Assembly: GCA_937864205.1 (NCBI GenBank)
Contig: CALMJB010000032.1
Location: 129-64,128 of the forward strand
DNA from: an uncultured Actinomycetes bacterium
Lineage (GTDB): Bacteria; Actinomycetota; Actinomycetes; Nanopelagicales; Nanopelagicaceae
Direction: 5' to 3'
Length of the DNA stretch: 64,000 bases
Below the pieces are notes generated by a model, which was not told the origin of the DNA, did no database searches, and saw nothing but the letters and a program-made list of their open reading frames with translations. A program made the translations under genes and the position numbers. Position 1 is the first letter of the stretch. Each line of letters begins with the position of its first letter. Below, in pieces: positions 40,650-50,686 of the stretch.

Positions 40650-41459
40650 ATGCCCGAAATCAAAGGTGACTTCCCCCGAGAATGGGTTGAATTTAAGGAT
40701 TTAAAATCTGGCATTGTCTACAAATGTGATCTCACATGGCTAACTTCTAATTGGAAATGTATTTACGGATCAGGTTGCCAAGGAATAGACACTAAAGGCG
40801 CAAATAGCGGTTGTTGTTCAGATGGGGCGTATTACACCGATGCTGCCGATGAAAAACGAGTCAAACATTTTGCGACTCAATTAACCGAAGATCTTTGGCA
40901 AAACTTTCATTATGCTCGCAATGAATCAAGTAAGAATTTAAACATAAGTGAATATGGTTTAGATAACGAACGAAAGACTAAAAAGATTAATGGAAATTGC
41001 ATATTTCTCAATCAGTCAGATTTTGCAACTGGCGCTGGCTGCGCATTTCACTTTTTAAATCAGCGAACCGGAATGAATTCTATTCAAACTAAACCAGATG
41101 TTTGCTGGCAGTTGCCAATTCGACGAACTTTTGAAACCAGATTAGGTAATTCCAATAGAAAGAATTCGCAAAACATAGAAGATGTTGTTGTTATAGGTGA
41201 ATTCAGTAGATCGGCATGGGGTGAAGGTGGCGCAGATTTTAATTGGTACTGCACTTCAAATAGCGAAGCGCATGTAGCAGTTGAAGCGGTATATCAAAGT
41301 TGTAAAGCAGAACTAATTGCAATGATGAGCGAGTCAGCTTATGAAGAACTAGCCAGACTTTGTGAGATAAGAATTAATCAAAGAAAAAGACGGGGTTTAT
41401 TTGCCGGTAGAACTTTGTTACCGTTGTTTGTAAAACACCCAGCCAGCCTGATTAATTAG
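40650..41459 (+). CDS. conserved hypothetical Cys-rich protein
   Basis: 269 aa with 11 Cys, five of them within aa 26-56 (KCDLTWLTSNWKCIYGSGCQGI...GCCSDG); basic C-terminus; no family recognised with certainty. Confidence 0.45.
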   Translation: MPEIKGDFPREWVEFKDLKSGIVYKCDLTWLTSNWKCIYGSGCQGIDTKGANSGCCSDGAYYTDAADEKRVKHFATQLTEDLWQNFHYARNESSKNLNISEYGLDNERKTKKINGNCIFLNQSDFATGAGCAFHFLNQRTGMNSIQTKPDVCWQLPIRRTFETRLGNSNRKNSQNIEDVVVIGEFSRSAWGEGGADFNWYCTSNSEAHVAVEAVYQSCKAELIAMMSESAYEELARLCEIRINQRKRRGLFAGRTLLPLFVKHPASLIN

Positions 41460-43950
41460 CGGTAGCCGCTAAATCTCCTGGTGTTTCAGGCAAAATCGCT
41501 TTCGCAGTTCCCTTAAATGTAAATACGGCATCATCTTTATCACTGGAAACATCAACCAAAATAATTTCACCAGCTTTAATTTCGCCAAACAAAATCTTTT
41601 CCGAAAGCGCATCTTCAATTTCGCGTTGGATTGTGCGGCGCAATGGTCTGGCGCCTAGCACTGGGTCATAACCGCGCTTTGCCAATAATGCTTTAGCCGC
41701 AACCGTTAATTCCACACCCATATCTTTTGCTTTCAAACGATCATCTAGAGATGCAACCATCAAATCAACGATCTTAATGATTTCATCCTCAGATAATTGA
41801 TGGAACACAATCACATCATCAATACGGTTTAAGAACTCTGGACGGAAATGAGTTTTCAATTCATCTTGAACTTTAGATTTCATGCGTTCGTAATTTCCGG
41901 CAGTATCTGAAGAATTAGCAAAACCTAGCGATAAACTCTTGGAAATATCTTTTGTTCCTAAGTTCGTGGTCATGATGATGACAGTATTTTTGAAATCTAC
42001 TACTCGACCTTGTGCATCAGTTAAGCGGCCATCTTCTAACACTTGTAATAATGAGTTGAAAATATCTGGATGTGCTTTTTCAATTTCATCAAATAACACC
42101 ACCGAGAATGGGCGTCTACGTACCTTTTCAGTTAATTGGCCACCTTCGTCATAGCCGACATAACCGGGCGGAGCACCAAATAAACGAGATGCGGTGTGTT
42201 TTTCAGAGTACTCAGACATATCTAATTGAATTAACGCATCATCATCGCCAAATAAGAAATTTGCCAATGTACGAGAAAGTTCAGTCTTTCCAACTCCCGA
42301 TGGTCCAGCGAAAATAAATGATCCGCCAGGACGTCGTGGATCTTTCAAACCAGCTCGGGTACGCCTAATTGCTTGCGCTAATGCTTTGATTGCTTGATTT
42401 TGGCCAATTACTCGCCGGTGTAATTCCTCTTCCATTTTCAGTAAGCGTGCAGTTTCAGCTTCAGTTAATTTATAAACTGGAATTCCAGTTGAGTTAGCTA
42501 AAACTTCAGCAATTAATTCTTCATCAACTTCTGCAACAACATCGAGATCGCCGGCTTTCCAATTCTTCTCTTTATCGGCTTTCTCTTGAATTAGTGATTT
42601 TTCTTTATCCCGTAATGAGGCGGCTTTCTCAAAATCTTGGGCGTCAATTGCAGATTCTTTTTCACGGCGAGCGGAAGCGATTTTTTCATCATATTCACGG
42701 ATCTCTGGTGGAACCGTCATGCGTCTAATGCGCAGGCGAGAACCGGCTTCATCAATCAAATCAATCGCTTTATCAGGTAAGTGACGATCGGAAACATATC
42801 GATCTGCCAATGTTGCCGCTGAGACTAATGCACCATCAGAGATTGAAACTTTGTGGTGAGTTTCGTAGCGATCACGTAGACCTTTCAAAATCTCAATAGT
42901 GTGAGCAACTGATGGTTCGGAAACTTGAATTGGTTGAAAACGTCGCTCTAGTGCGGCATCTTTTTCAACATGTTTGCGGTACTCATCTAATGTGGTTGCG
43001 CCAATTGTTTGTAATTCACCACGAGCCAACATAGGTTTCAAGATTGAAGCGGCATCAATCGCACCTTCAGCTGCACCTGCACCAACCAAGGTGTGAATCT
43101 CGTCGATAAACAAAACTATGTCGCCACGAGTACGAATTTCTTTCAAAACTTTCTTAAGTCTCTCTTCAAAATCTCCGCGGTAACGTGAACCAGCTACCAA
43201 TGCACCTAAATCAAGAGAGTAAATTTGTTTGTCTTTTAAAGTTTCCGGGACAGTTCCTTTAACAACTGCTTGCGCTAAGCCTTCAACTACCGCAGTTTTA
43301 CCTACACCGGGTTCACCAATTAAAACTGGATTATTTTTCGTGCGTCGAGATAGCACTTGCATTACTCGTTCGATTTCTTTTTCACGACCAATAACCGGAT
43401 CTAATTTTCCTTCCCGAGCAGCTGAAGTTAAATTTCTGCCAAATTGATCTAAAACTAATGATGTAGATGGTTGACCTTCTGCCGGTCCACCAGCCGTTAC
43501 CGCTTCTTTTCCTTGATAACCAGAGAGCAGTTGAATTACCTGTTGTCGAACTCGATTTAAATCTGCACCTAACTTAACCAAAACTTGTGCAGCAACACCT
43601 TCACCTTCGCGAATTAATCCAAGCAGAATGTGTTCTGTGCCGATGTAATTGTGTCCAAGTTGTAATGCTTCGCGCAGAGATAATTCCAAAACTTTTTTTG
43701 CGCGCGGAGTAAACGGAATATGTCCTGATGGTGCCTGTTGTCCTTGTCCAATAATTTCTTCAACTTGGGAACGAACCGCTTCTAGCGAGATTCCCAACGC
43801 CTCGAGCCCTTTGGCTGCGACCCCTTCGCCTTCGTGAATAAGACCTAACAGAATATGTTCGGTGCCAATGTAATTGTGGTTGAGCATGCGCGCCTCTTCC
43901 TGCGCGAGTACTACTACCCGGCGGGCACGATCGGTAAATCGCTCAAACAT
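41452..43950 (-). CDS. clpC: ATP-dependent Clp protease ATP-binding subunit ClpC
   Basis: Duplicated Clp_N repeats ([13 protein letters not shown] twice); Walker A GEPGVGKT and GPSGVGKT; AGGAG SD upstream. Confidence 0.95.
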   Translation of the reverse strand: MFERFTDRARRVVVLAQEEARMLNHNYIGTEHILLGLIHEGEGVAAKGLEALGISLEAVRSQVEEIIGQGQQAPSGHIPFTPRAKKVLELSLREALQLGHNYIGTEHILLGLIREGEGVAAQVLVKLGADLNRVRQQVIQLLSGYQGKEAVTAGGPAEGQPSTSLVLDQFGRNLTSAAREGKLDPVIGREKEIERVMQVLSRRTKNNPVLIGEPGVGKTAVVEGLAQAVVKGTVPETLKDKQIYSLDLGALVAGSRYRGDFEERLKKVLKEIRTRGDIVLFIDEIHTLVGAGAAEGAIDAASILKPMLARGELQTIGATTLDEYRKHVEKDAALERRFQPIQVSEPSVAHTIEILKGLRDRYETHHKVSISDGALVSAATLADRYVSDRHLPDKAIDLIDEAGSRLRIRRMTVPPEIREYDEKIASARREKESAIDAQDFEKAASLRDKEKSLIQEKADKEKNWKAGDLDVVAEVDEELIAEVLANSTGIPVYKLTEAETARLLKMEEELHRRVIGQNQAIKALAQAIRRTRAGLKDPRRPGGSFIFAGPSGVGKTELSRTLANFLFGDDDALIQLDMSEYSEKHTASRLFGAPPGYVGYDEGGQLTEKVRRRPFSVVLFDEIEKAHPDIFNSLLQVLEDGRLTDAQGRVVDFKNTVIIMTTNLGTKDISKSLSLGFANSSDTAGNYERMKSKVQDELKTHFRPEFLNRIDDVIVFHQLSEDEIIKIVDLMVASLDDRLKAKDMGVELTVAAKALLAKRGYDPVLGARPLRRTIQREIEDALSEKILFGEIKAGEIILVDVSSDKDDAVFTFKGTAKAILPETPGDLAATAN

Positions 43951-44028
43951 GTCGGTGCTTCTTCTCCTATGGCACTTAGAACGGAATATGAATTGGGTTC
44001 AAGCCTATAACCCGCCACTGCCTCTTAC

Positions 44029-44064
44029 AATTCCCAATTTTCCCAACTATTTCAAAGATTTCAA
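44029..44064. repeat. four tandem 9-bp units upstream of clpC (minus-strand reading TTGAAATCT TTGAAATAG TTGGGAAAA TTGGGAATT)
   Basis: Read directly; lies 79-114 nt upstream of the clpC start in the longest intergenic spacer of the window (149 nt). Confidence 0.5.
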
Positions 44065-44099
44065 TATTTGAGAACGGGCTGGGAACCTAATTGAGGTTA

Positions 44100-44603
44100 T
44101 TACAGGATTTTGAGCATTCGGGTGTTGCCAAGTGTATTTGGTTTAACACTTTCCAAATCTAAAAATTCGGCAATACCTTCATCATAAGAACGCAACAATT
44201 GCGCATAAACATCTGGTTCAACTGGTGAACCTTTAATCTCATTAAAACCATGTTGGCTAAAAAATTCGGTTTCAAAAGTAAGACAAAAAATCTTTTTTAC
44301 ACCTATTCTTTTTGCTCGATCAATTATTTCAGCAAGAATTTTATGTCCGATACCGGTGCCATGAAACTCTTCCATCACCGCAACAGTTCTTACTTCAGCC
44401 AGATCCTCCCAAAGGATATGTAACGCTCCGCAACCAACAACTTTAGAATCAACTTCTGCAACCACAAACTCTTGAACTGCTTCGTAAAGGGTGACTGTTT
44501 CTTTAGAAAGTAATCTACGTTGTAATGCATAGTGATCAACAATTGCTCTGATGCCTTTTACATCTTGAGTGGTGGCAGCACGAATAATTACATTGGCAGA
44601 CAT
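44100..44603 (-). CDS. GNAT-family amino-acid N-acetyltransferase (single-domain ArgA-like)
   Basis: 167 aa; acetyl-CoA motif VMEEFHGTGIGHKIL; resembles short actinobacterial N-acetylglutamate synthases. Confidence 0.7.
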   Translation of the reverse strand: MSANVIIRAATTQDVKGIRAIVDHYALQRRLLSKETVTLYEAVQEFVVAEVDSKVVGCGALHILWEDLAEVRTVAVMEEFHGTGIGHKILAEIIDRAKRIGVKKIFCLTFETEFFSQHGFNEIKGSPVEPDVYAQLLRSYDEGIAEFLDLESVKPNTLGNTRMLKIL

Positions 44604-44606
44604 TTA

Positions 44607-46118
44607 TTATTCCTCGGCGATTGGTTTAACCAATGGAAAGAGAATTGTTTCGCGAATTCCTAATCCGGTAAGCGCCATCAGTAATCGATCTAAGCCCATC
44701 CCCATTCCACCAGTTGGTGGCATGCCATGTTCCATTGCTCTTAAGAAATCTTCATCTAATTGCATTGCCTCAAGATCTCCCTTTGCGCCTAACTTGGCTT
44801 GTTCCACTAAACGCTCTCGCTGAACTACCGGATCAACCAACTCTGAATAACCAGTCGCTAATTCAAAACCTTGCACATATAGATCCCATTTCTCAGCGAT
44901 ACCGACTTGAGTTCGATGTTCTCTGACCAATGGCGAAGTATCAATTGGATAACCCTTCACAAAAGTTGGTTTTGTAAGTTTAGGTAGAGCGCTGTGTTCG
45001 AAAATTTCTTCAATAATTTTTCCAGCTACCCATTTTGGATCAACTTTTATTCCTAATTTTTTTGCAATCTCTTGTAGTTTTGAAAGAGCAGTATCAACAG
45101 CAATCGGTTCACCAATAGCTTTTGAAATAGTTGGAAGTAATTCAATTTCATCCCATTGCCCGCCTAAATCGATTTCTTTTCCATCCGCGTGTTTGACGGT
45201 CGTTGAACCAAACACATCTTTCGCGGCATTTTGAACCAATTTTTGAGTCAGCTTCATCATGGAATTCCAGTCACCATAAGCTTCATAAGACTCAATCATC
45301 ACAAATTCTGGCGAATGGCTTGAATCGGCACCCTCGTTTCTAAAATTACGGTTGATCTCAAAAACTTTCTCTATTCCACCGACTACGCAACGTTTTAAAT
45401 AAAGTTCTGGGGCAATTCTTAAAAATAAATCCATGTCATAAGCATTGCTATGGGTCTTAAATGGTCTAGCTGTTGCTCCACCATGCATAACCTGCAACAT
45501 CGGTGTTTCTACTTCAATGAAATTTAGATTGTGAAAACTATTTCGCAGTGATTGCAGAACTTGTGGACGAAGTCTGGCAATTTCTCTTGCTTGTGGCCGG
45601 ACAATCAAATCAACATAGCGAAGCCTTACCCGACTTTCTTCCGATAATTCTTTATGTTCAACCGGCAATGGTCGAATCGCTTTTGCTGCTAATTCAAACT
45701 TATCTGCAAGAATTGAAAGCTCGCCCCGTTTAGAGGTGATGATTTCACCACTCACGCTTACTAAATCGCCTAAATCAATCTCGCTTTTCCAAGCCTCTAA
45801 AAGTGTCTCACCGACTTTGTCTAACGAAAACATCGCTTGCAGCTGTGTGCCATCACCTTCACGCAAATTGGCAAAGCAAAGTTTTCCAGTATCGCGTTTG
45901 AAAATTACCCGACCGGTAACACTTTCGTTTTTTCCAGTCTTTACATCTATTTCTAATCCTGCGTATTCATCTCGCAACTCTTTTAGGGTTTTAGTGCGCG
46001 GTACTGAAACTGGATATGGCGAAACCCCTTGTTTTAATAATTTGGCGCGTTTTTCAAGTCGAATGCGAATTTGTTCTGGTACTGATTCAGTTGTTGAATC
46101 ATCAGAATGTTCGCTCAT
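44607..46118 (-). CDS. lysS: lysine-tRNA ligase (class II)
   Basis: FRNEG motif 2 and GGMGMGLDRLLM motif 3; OB-fold N-domain. Confidence 0.95.
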   Translation of the reverse strand: MSEHSDDSTTESVPEQIRIRLEKRAKLLKQGVSPYPVSVPRTKTLKELRDEYAGLEIDVKTGKNESVTGRVIFKRDTGKLCFANLREGDGTQLQAMFSLDKVGETLLEAWKSEIDLGDLVSVSGEIITSKRGELSILADKFELAAKAIRPLPVEHKELSEESRVRLRYVDLIVRPQAREIARLRPQVLQSLRNSFHNLNFIEVETPMLQVMHGGATARPFKTHSNAYDMDLFLRIAPELYLKRCVVGGIEKVFEINRNFRNEGADSSHSPEFVMIESYEAYGDWNSMMKLTQKLVQNAAKDVFGSTTVKHADGKEIDLGGQWDEIELLPTISKAIGEPIAVDTALSKLQEIAKKLGIKVDPKWVAGKIIEEIFEHSALPKLTKPTFVKGYPIDTSPLVREHRTQVGIAEKWDLYVQGFELATGYSELVDPVVQRERLVEQAKLGAKGDLEAMQLDEDFLRAMEHGMPPTGGMGMGLDRLLMALTGLGIRETILFPLVKPIAEE

Positions 46119-46129
46119 AATCTAAAAGT

Positions 46130-46909
46130 CTATCCTGCGATGTTGCGTTCGTGGATTAAACGCAAACCAATTAATGTTAGATCTGGTTCATGCTCGTCGA
46201 TAGTTTCGCTGATTCCAACTACCAGAGGGGCTAATCCACCAGTTGCAATTACGCAAATCTCATCTTCCTTTGGATAATCTTTCAATAACTGTGCAGATAT
46301 TCGGTTAACTAACCCATCCACCATCCCGGCAAATCCAAAAATCGTGCCAGATTGCAATGCCTCGACGGTATTTTTACCGATTGAGTTTTTTGGTTTTACT
46401 AATTCAACTTTCCGTAATTGTGCGGCTCGATTAGCTAAGGCTTCAACTGAAATTTCAATCCCGGGTGCTAACGCACCACCTAAGAATTCACCATTTGGTG
46501 AAACCACATCTAAATTAGTAGATGTTCCAAAATCTACGACTATCGCTGGTCCACCAAATAATTCAGCAGCCGCTAATGTATTTACAATCCGATCAGCGCC
46601 TATTTCTCTCGGATTATCAACTAGTAATGGCACTCCAGTTTTAATACCAGGTTCGACAATCGTGACTTTCTTATCAGACATATGGGCTGAAACCATTTGC
46701 CTAATCTCTCGCAGAATTGCTGGTACGGTCGAACAAATCGCAACTGAATCAAATTGGTGGTTTCCTATTAATGATTTGTATTGAATCCATAATTCATCAG
46801 ATGTATCTCTGGCATCGCTTTTAACTCGCCAAGAAGCAAGTAGTTTCTCGCCATCAAATATTCCCAAAACGGTGTTGGTATTACCGACATCAATTGCAAG
46901 TAACATCAT
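46130..46909 (-). CDS. coaX: type III pantothenate kinase
   Basis: LLAIDVGNTNT phosphate-1 motif; GADRIVN; DFGTSTN. Confidence 0.9.
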   Translation of the reverse strand: MMLLAIDVGNTNTVLGIFDGEKLLASWRVKSDARDTSDELWIQYKSLIGNHQFDSVAICSTVPAILREIRQMVSAHMSDKKVTIVEPGIKTGVPLLVDNPREIGADRIVNTLAAAELFGGPAIVVDFGTSTNLDVVSPNGEFLGGALAPGIEISVEALANRAAQLRKVELVKPKNSIGKNTVEALQSGTIFGFAGMVDGLVNRISAQLLKDYPKEDEICVIATGGLAPLVVGISETIDEHEPDLTLIGLRLIHERNIAG

Positions 46910-47778
46910 TTCTCCTTCACAAAATCTAAGCCAAAATCCAATGCCGGCGCTGAATGAGTAATTGCACCAATTGCTATGTAATCGATACCAGTTTGGGCAA
47001 ATTCTCGAACGTTTTCCAAGGTTATACCGCCAGAAACTTCGATTTTTTTTGCACCATTAATTTGTTGAACCGCAGCTTGGCAATCTTCTAATGAAAAGTT
47101 ATCTAACATTATTAAATCTGCTTCCGATGCAATTGCATCAGCTAACTGAGATAAATGATCAATTTCTATCTCTAATTTCTTACCTGGGAAATTCTTCTTA
47201 AAATTTTGAGCAGCAAGTTTGATATCGCCAGCTGCAGCAATGTGATTGTCTTTGATTAAACCCTCATCCGAAAGACTCATTCGATGATTTATGCCACCCC
47301 CCATACGTACGGCAAATTTTTCAAGAGTTCTCAGCCCTGGATTTGTTTTACGGGTGTCTCGTATTTTCGCGCTCGTGCCACTTATTGAATCAACCCAAAC
47401 TTTGGTTTGGGTTGCGATGCCACTTAAGTGAGTTAGAAAATTCAATGCAGTCCGCTCGGCTAACAAAATAGAGCGGGTGTTACCGCGCACTTCAATCACG
47501 ACTTGGCCAGCCTTTACTTGCGCGCCTTCATTAGCTAAAACTTTAATTTCCTTCAAATTACAACTTTCTAAAACCGCGGCCGCAACATAAAGGCCAGCAA
47601 CAACGCCATTCTTTCGAGCCACAAAATTAGCCACTGAATTTGCACTTTCTTTAATGGTGGACGTTGAGGTGATGTCAACGCCACCTCCCAAATCTTCAAC
47701 TAAAGCACTCGCAATTAGTTTTGAAATTTCATTAGGAGAAATTCCAAATTCAGATAATTTATTTAGGAATGTACTCAT
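46906..47778 (-). CDS. nadC: nicotinate-nucleotide pyrophosphorylase (carboxylating)
   Basis: QPRTase pattern: ERTALNFL, IRDTRKTNPGLR, KDNHI. Confidence 0.9.
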   Translation of the reverse strand: MSTFLNKLSEFGISPNEISKLIASALVEDLGGGVDITSTSTIKESANSVANFVARKNGVVAGLYVAAAVLESCNLKEIKVLANEGAQVKAGQVVIEVRGNTRSILLAERTALNFLTHLSGIATQTKVWVDSISGTSAKIRDTRKTNPGLRTLEKFAVRMGGGINHRMSLSDEGLIKDNHIAAAGDIKLAAQNFKKNFPGKKLEIEIDHLSQLADAIASEADLIMLDNFSLEDCQAAVQQINGAKKIEVSGGITLENVREFAQTGIDYIAIGAITHSAPALDFGLDFVKEK

Positions 47779-49391
47779 GCTATTTTTTCCAATACTGAAC
47801 TGGTCTTATGCTGCCATTGGCCGTTTGAATTCATTTTGCCGATGATATGCACTCTGAATTCATCATCTGTATGTGGGTAATCACTTCGCCAATGAGAACC
47901 ACGAGATTCTTTGCGAATTAACGCTGATCTAACAATGGCACTAGCCAAAATATGTAGATTGCTTGCCTCCCATGAATCAATGTTTGGCTCGGTGGAAATA
48001 AGTTTTCCTAATTCATTTAAAGTCTTTAGCGTTTTCTTTAAAGAGTTTTCATTTCGCATTACACCCGCACCTTCTGTCATAGCTAGTTGCAGTGGAATCA
48101 CAATTTTTGGATCTAGCAAAAAATTTCCTGCTTCCGTAATCGGTTCAGAAAAATTCGCTAGATGATCAGCAATAAATTCGGCGATTCGAGCACCAAAAAC
48201 TAAACCTTCCAATAAGGAATTTGAGGCCAAGCGATTTGCGCCATGTGCGCCAGTGCAAGCTGATTCTCCGCAAACAAATAAGTTACTGATGCTGGACTGA
48301 CCATTTAGATCAACCAACACTCCACCAGATGCATAATGGGATGCCGGCGCAACTGGGATCAAATCGTTAACTGGATCAATTCCATTGTTTTTACAAGATT
48401 GATAAATCGTTGGAAATCTTTTTGCAAAATCAACAATTTCAGTGGCGTCTAACCACACATGTGGTTTACCGGTGGACTGCATTTGATTGAATATTTCTTT
48501 TGCTACAACATCTCGAGGCGCAAGATCTGCCTGCGGATGTTTGCCTTCCATGAAGCGCTCGCGCAAGTCGTTAACTAAAAATGCACCTTCACCTCTAACT
48601 GCCTCACTTATTAATGGTTGTTGACCTCGATGCGCTAAATCTTTATACAAAACCGTTGGATGAAATTGAATGAATTCAACATCGGAAATAAGAGCACCGG
48701 CTCTGATTGCTAATGCAACGCCATCACCAGTAGAAACTGCCGGATTTGTGGTTTGGGCATACACCTGTCCAAGCCCGCCAGTAGCAATCACAACCGCACG
48801 AGCAAGTGCTTGGCCAACGCCATCACGTGAACCTTCCCCAATCACATGAAGTGTTACGCCACAAGCTTGATCAGCATGATTCTTCAATAAATCAATCACT
48901 AACGCGTGTTCAATTATTTCGATTCCAGAATCTTGTTTTACCGCCGCAAGTAATGCTCTGGAAACTTCCGCACCGGTTGCATCCCCACCAGCATGCAAAA
49001 TTCGATTTCGTAAATGTCCGCCCTCTCGAGTTAAAGCGATTTCGCCAGTTTCAGATTTATCAAACACCGCCCCTCGGGCAATTAATTTACGTACCGCTTC
49101 AGGTCCTTCTGAAACTAAAACATCCACCGCAGATAATTCACACAAACCTGCACCTGCATTTAACGTATCTTGTTTGTGTTGTTCTGGACTATCGCCTGGT
49201 CCCAATGCTGCTGCAATTCCACCTTGCGCCCACTTTGTCGAACCTTCATCAATATAAGATTTTGTGACAAGAAGTACGGAAAGATTTTTAGCGCGTACAT
49301 TCAAAGCTGTGGTTAATCCGGCAACCCCAGATCCAATAACAATCACATCGGCTTTTATTTGCCAGCCAGGTTTTGCAGTTAGTAGTTTCAT
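47775..49391 (-). CDS. nadB: L-aspartate oxidase
   Basis: FAD motif DVIVIGSGVAGL; RGEGA; HYASGGV. Start trimmed to ATG 49391 (ATGA overlap with the panC stop); the ORF is open to 49409. Confidence 0.9.
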   Translation of the reverse strand: MKLLTAKPGWQIKADVIVIGSGVAGLTTALNVRAKNLSVLLVTKSYIDEGSTKWAQGGIAAALGPGDSPEQHKQDTLNAGAGLCELSAVDVLVSEGPEAVRKLIARGAVFDKSETGEIALTREGGHLRNRILHAGGDATGAEVSRALLAAVKQDSGIEIIEHALVIDLLKNHADQACGVTLHVIGEGSRDGVGQALARAVVIATGGLGQVYAQTTNPAVSTGDGVALAIRAGALISDVEFIQFHPTVLYKDLAHRGQQPLISEAVRGEGAFLVNDLRERFMEGKHPQADLAPRDVVAKEIFNQMQSTGKPHVWLDATEIVDFAKRFPTIYQSCKNNGIDPVNDLIPVAPASHYASGGVLVDLNGQSSISNLFVCGESACTGAHGANRLASNSLLEGLVFGARIAEFIADHLANFSEPITEAGNFLLDPKIVIPLQLAMTEGAGVMRNENSLKKTLKTLNELGKLISTEPNIDSWEASNLHILASAIVRSALIRKESRGSHWRSDYPHTDDEFRVHIIGKMNSNGQWQHKTSSVLEKIA

Positions 49392-50224
49392 TTTTCGAGG
49401 TAAGTCCAATTCTGCACTGGCATATTGTCAATCAATCGAACCCCTTCAACCCAACCAGCAATAAGAATCCGCGCATTTACTGTTCGATCGTTAGCAATCG
49501 AAAAGTTATTCTCATCAATAATCGAGAGATAATCCAATTTAAATTGCGGCTCGCTAGCAATAATTTCCTGCATTTTCTCTAGATCTCCGGTTTCTGATCC
49601 AGCCCGCAGTGCTTTAGAAATTACCAACGCAGCCTTTCGGCCATCCGGTGATAGGCGAACATTGCGAGAAGAAAGTGCTAGACCATCTATATCTCGAACT
49701 AGTGGAGCTGAAATTACTTCAGTTGGAATTTGTCGTTGTTTCACTAATTGTTTAATTAAAAACAATTGTTGAAAATCTTTTTCACCAAATATTGCAAATT
49801 TAGGATTAACCAAGTTAAACAATCTATTTACGACTGTTAAAACTCCATCAAAGTGCCCGGCTCTGCTTTTGCCCTCATACATTAAGCCGATTGCGCCTGA
49901 ATCAATCAGCTCCGGTTTGGATGGATATATTTCGTTAGAGTTTGGCACAAAGACGGCGCCCACTCCGAGTGAATCTAACTTCGCAAAATCTTGTTCCAAT
50001 TGTTTCGGATATTTCGCTAAGTCATCTGGATTATCAAACTGCAGAGGATTTACAAAAATACTTACTAATGTTTGGGCATCAAATTGCTGTGCGATTTTAA
50101 TTAAAGAAAGATGGCCATCATGTAGTGCACCCATAGTTGGTACAAATGCGCGATATCGACCAGGCTCTAGATCAGAGACATGCTCAATAACCTTTAGAGT
50201 TGAATTTAGTTTGCCACTTTGCAT
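49388..50224 (-). CDS. panC: pantoate-beta-alanine ligase
   Basis: PTMGALHDGHLSL (HxGH) and FGEKDFQQ. Confidence 0.92.
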   Translation of the reverse strand: MQSGKLNSTLKVIEHVSDLEPGRYRAFVPTMGALHDGHLSLIKIAQQFDAQTLVSIFVNPLQFDNPDDLAKYPKQLEQDFAKLDSLGVGAVFVPNSNEIYPSKPELIDSGAIGLMYEGKSRAGHFDGVLTVVNRLFNLVNPKFAIFGEKDFQQLFLIKQLVKQRQIPTEVISAPLVRDIDGLALSSRNVRLSPDGRKAALVISKALRAGSETGDLEKMQEIIASEPQFKLDYLSIIDENNFSIANDRTVNARILIAGWVEGVRLIDNMPVQNWTYLEK

Positions 50225-50251
50225 CGGCTCCAGTCCTTTCCGGGTACCGGG

Positions 50252-50686
50252 CTAGATGAGAAGTTTAATCGCTCCAACGCCTGGAATTTCACCGTGTGGA
50301 TCTATCTCGAACCAGGGTTTCAGCACAAAATCACGTTTATGTGCAAGTGGGTGAGGCACAACTAATTTTTCACTATTAATAAATTGATTACCATAAATTA
50401 TTAAATCTAAATCAATCGTGCGCGCATCCCATTTCTTTTCTCTAATACGACCCAATTCTGATTCGATTTTTTGCATTTTTTCTAATAACTCCTGCGGCAT
50501 AAGTACCGTATTACCGATCATTACTGCATTTAAATATTTAGGTTGAGCAATATCACTAACTGGTTCAGTTTCTAAGAAAGATGAAACCTTATGATCTTTT
50601 ACATACTCTTTCAGTAAGGTGATGGCACGATTTAAAGAGTCAGCTCGATCTCCTAAATTGCTACCAAGTGCTATGACAACCTTCAT
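50252..50686 (-). CDS. folK: 2-amino-4-hydroxy-6-hydroxymethyldihydropteridine diphosphokinase
   Basis: IALGSNLGD, RTIDLDLI and VVPHP motifs. Confidence 0.88.
   Translation of the reverse strand: MKVVIALGSNLGDRADSLNRAITLLKEYVKDHKVSSFLETEPVSDIAQPKYLNAVMIGNTVLMPQELLEKMQKIESELGRIREKKWDARTIDLDLIIYGNQFINSEKLVVPHPLAHKRDFVLKPWFEIDPHGEIPGVGAIKLLI

Noticed and set aside
43991-44013. tRNA-like T-arm resemblance (GGGTTCAAGCC...AACCC) in the clpC upstream spacer
   Set aside because: The loop is 9 nt rather than 7. There is no acceptor, D or anticodon arm in the flanks, and the spacer is too short for a tRNA plus the clpC promoter. More likely a leader hairpin.
50225-50251. Locally GC-rich spacer with a GGTACC palindrome between folK and panC
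   Set aside because: It is only a 6-bp palindrome. On the coding strand the region reads GGAAAGGACTGGAGCCG-ATG, i.e. the panC ribosome-binding site.
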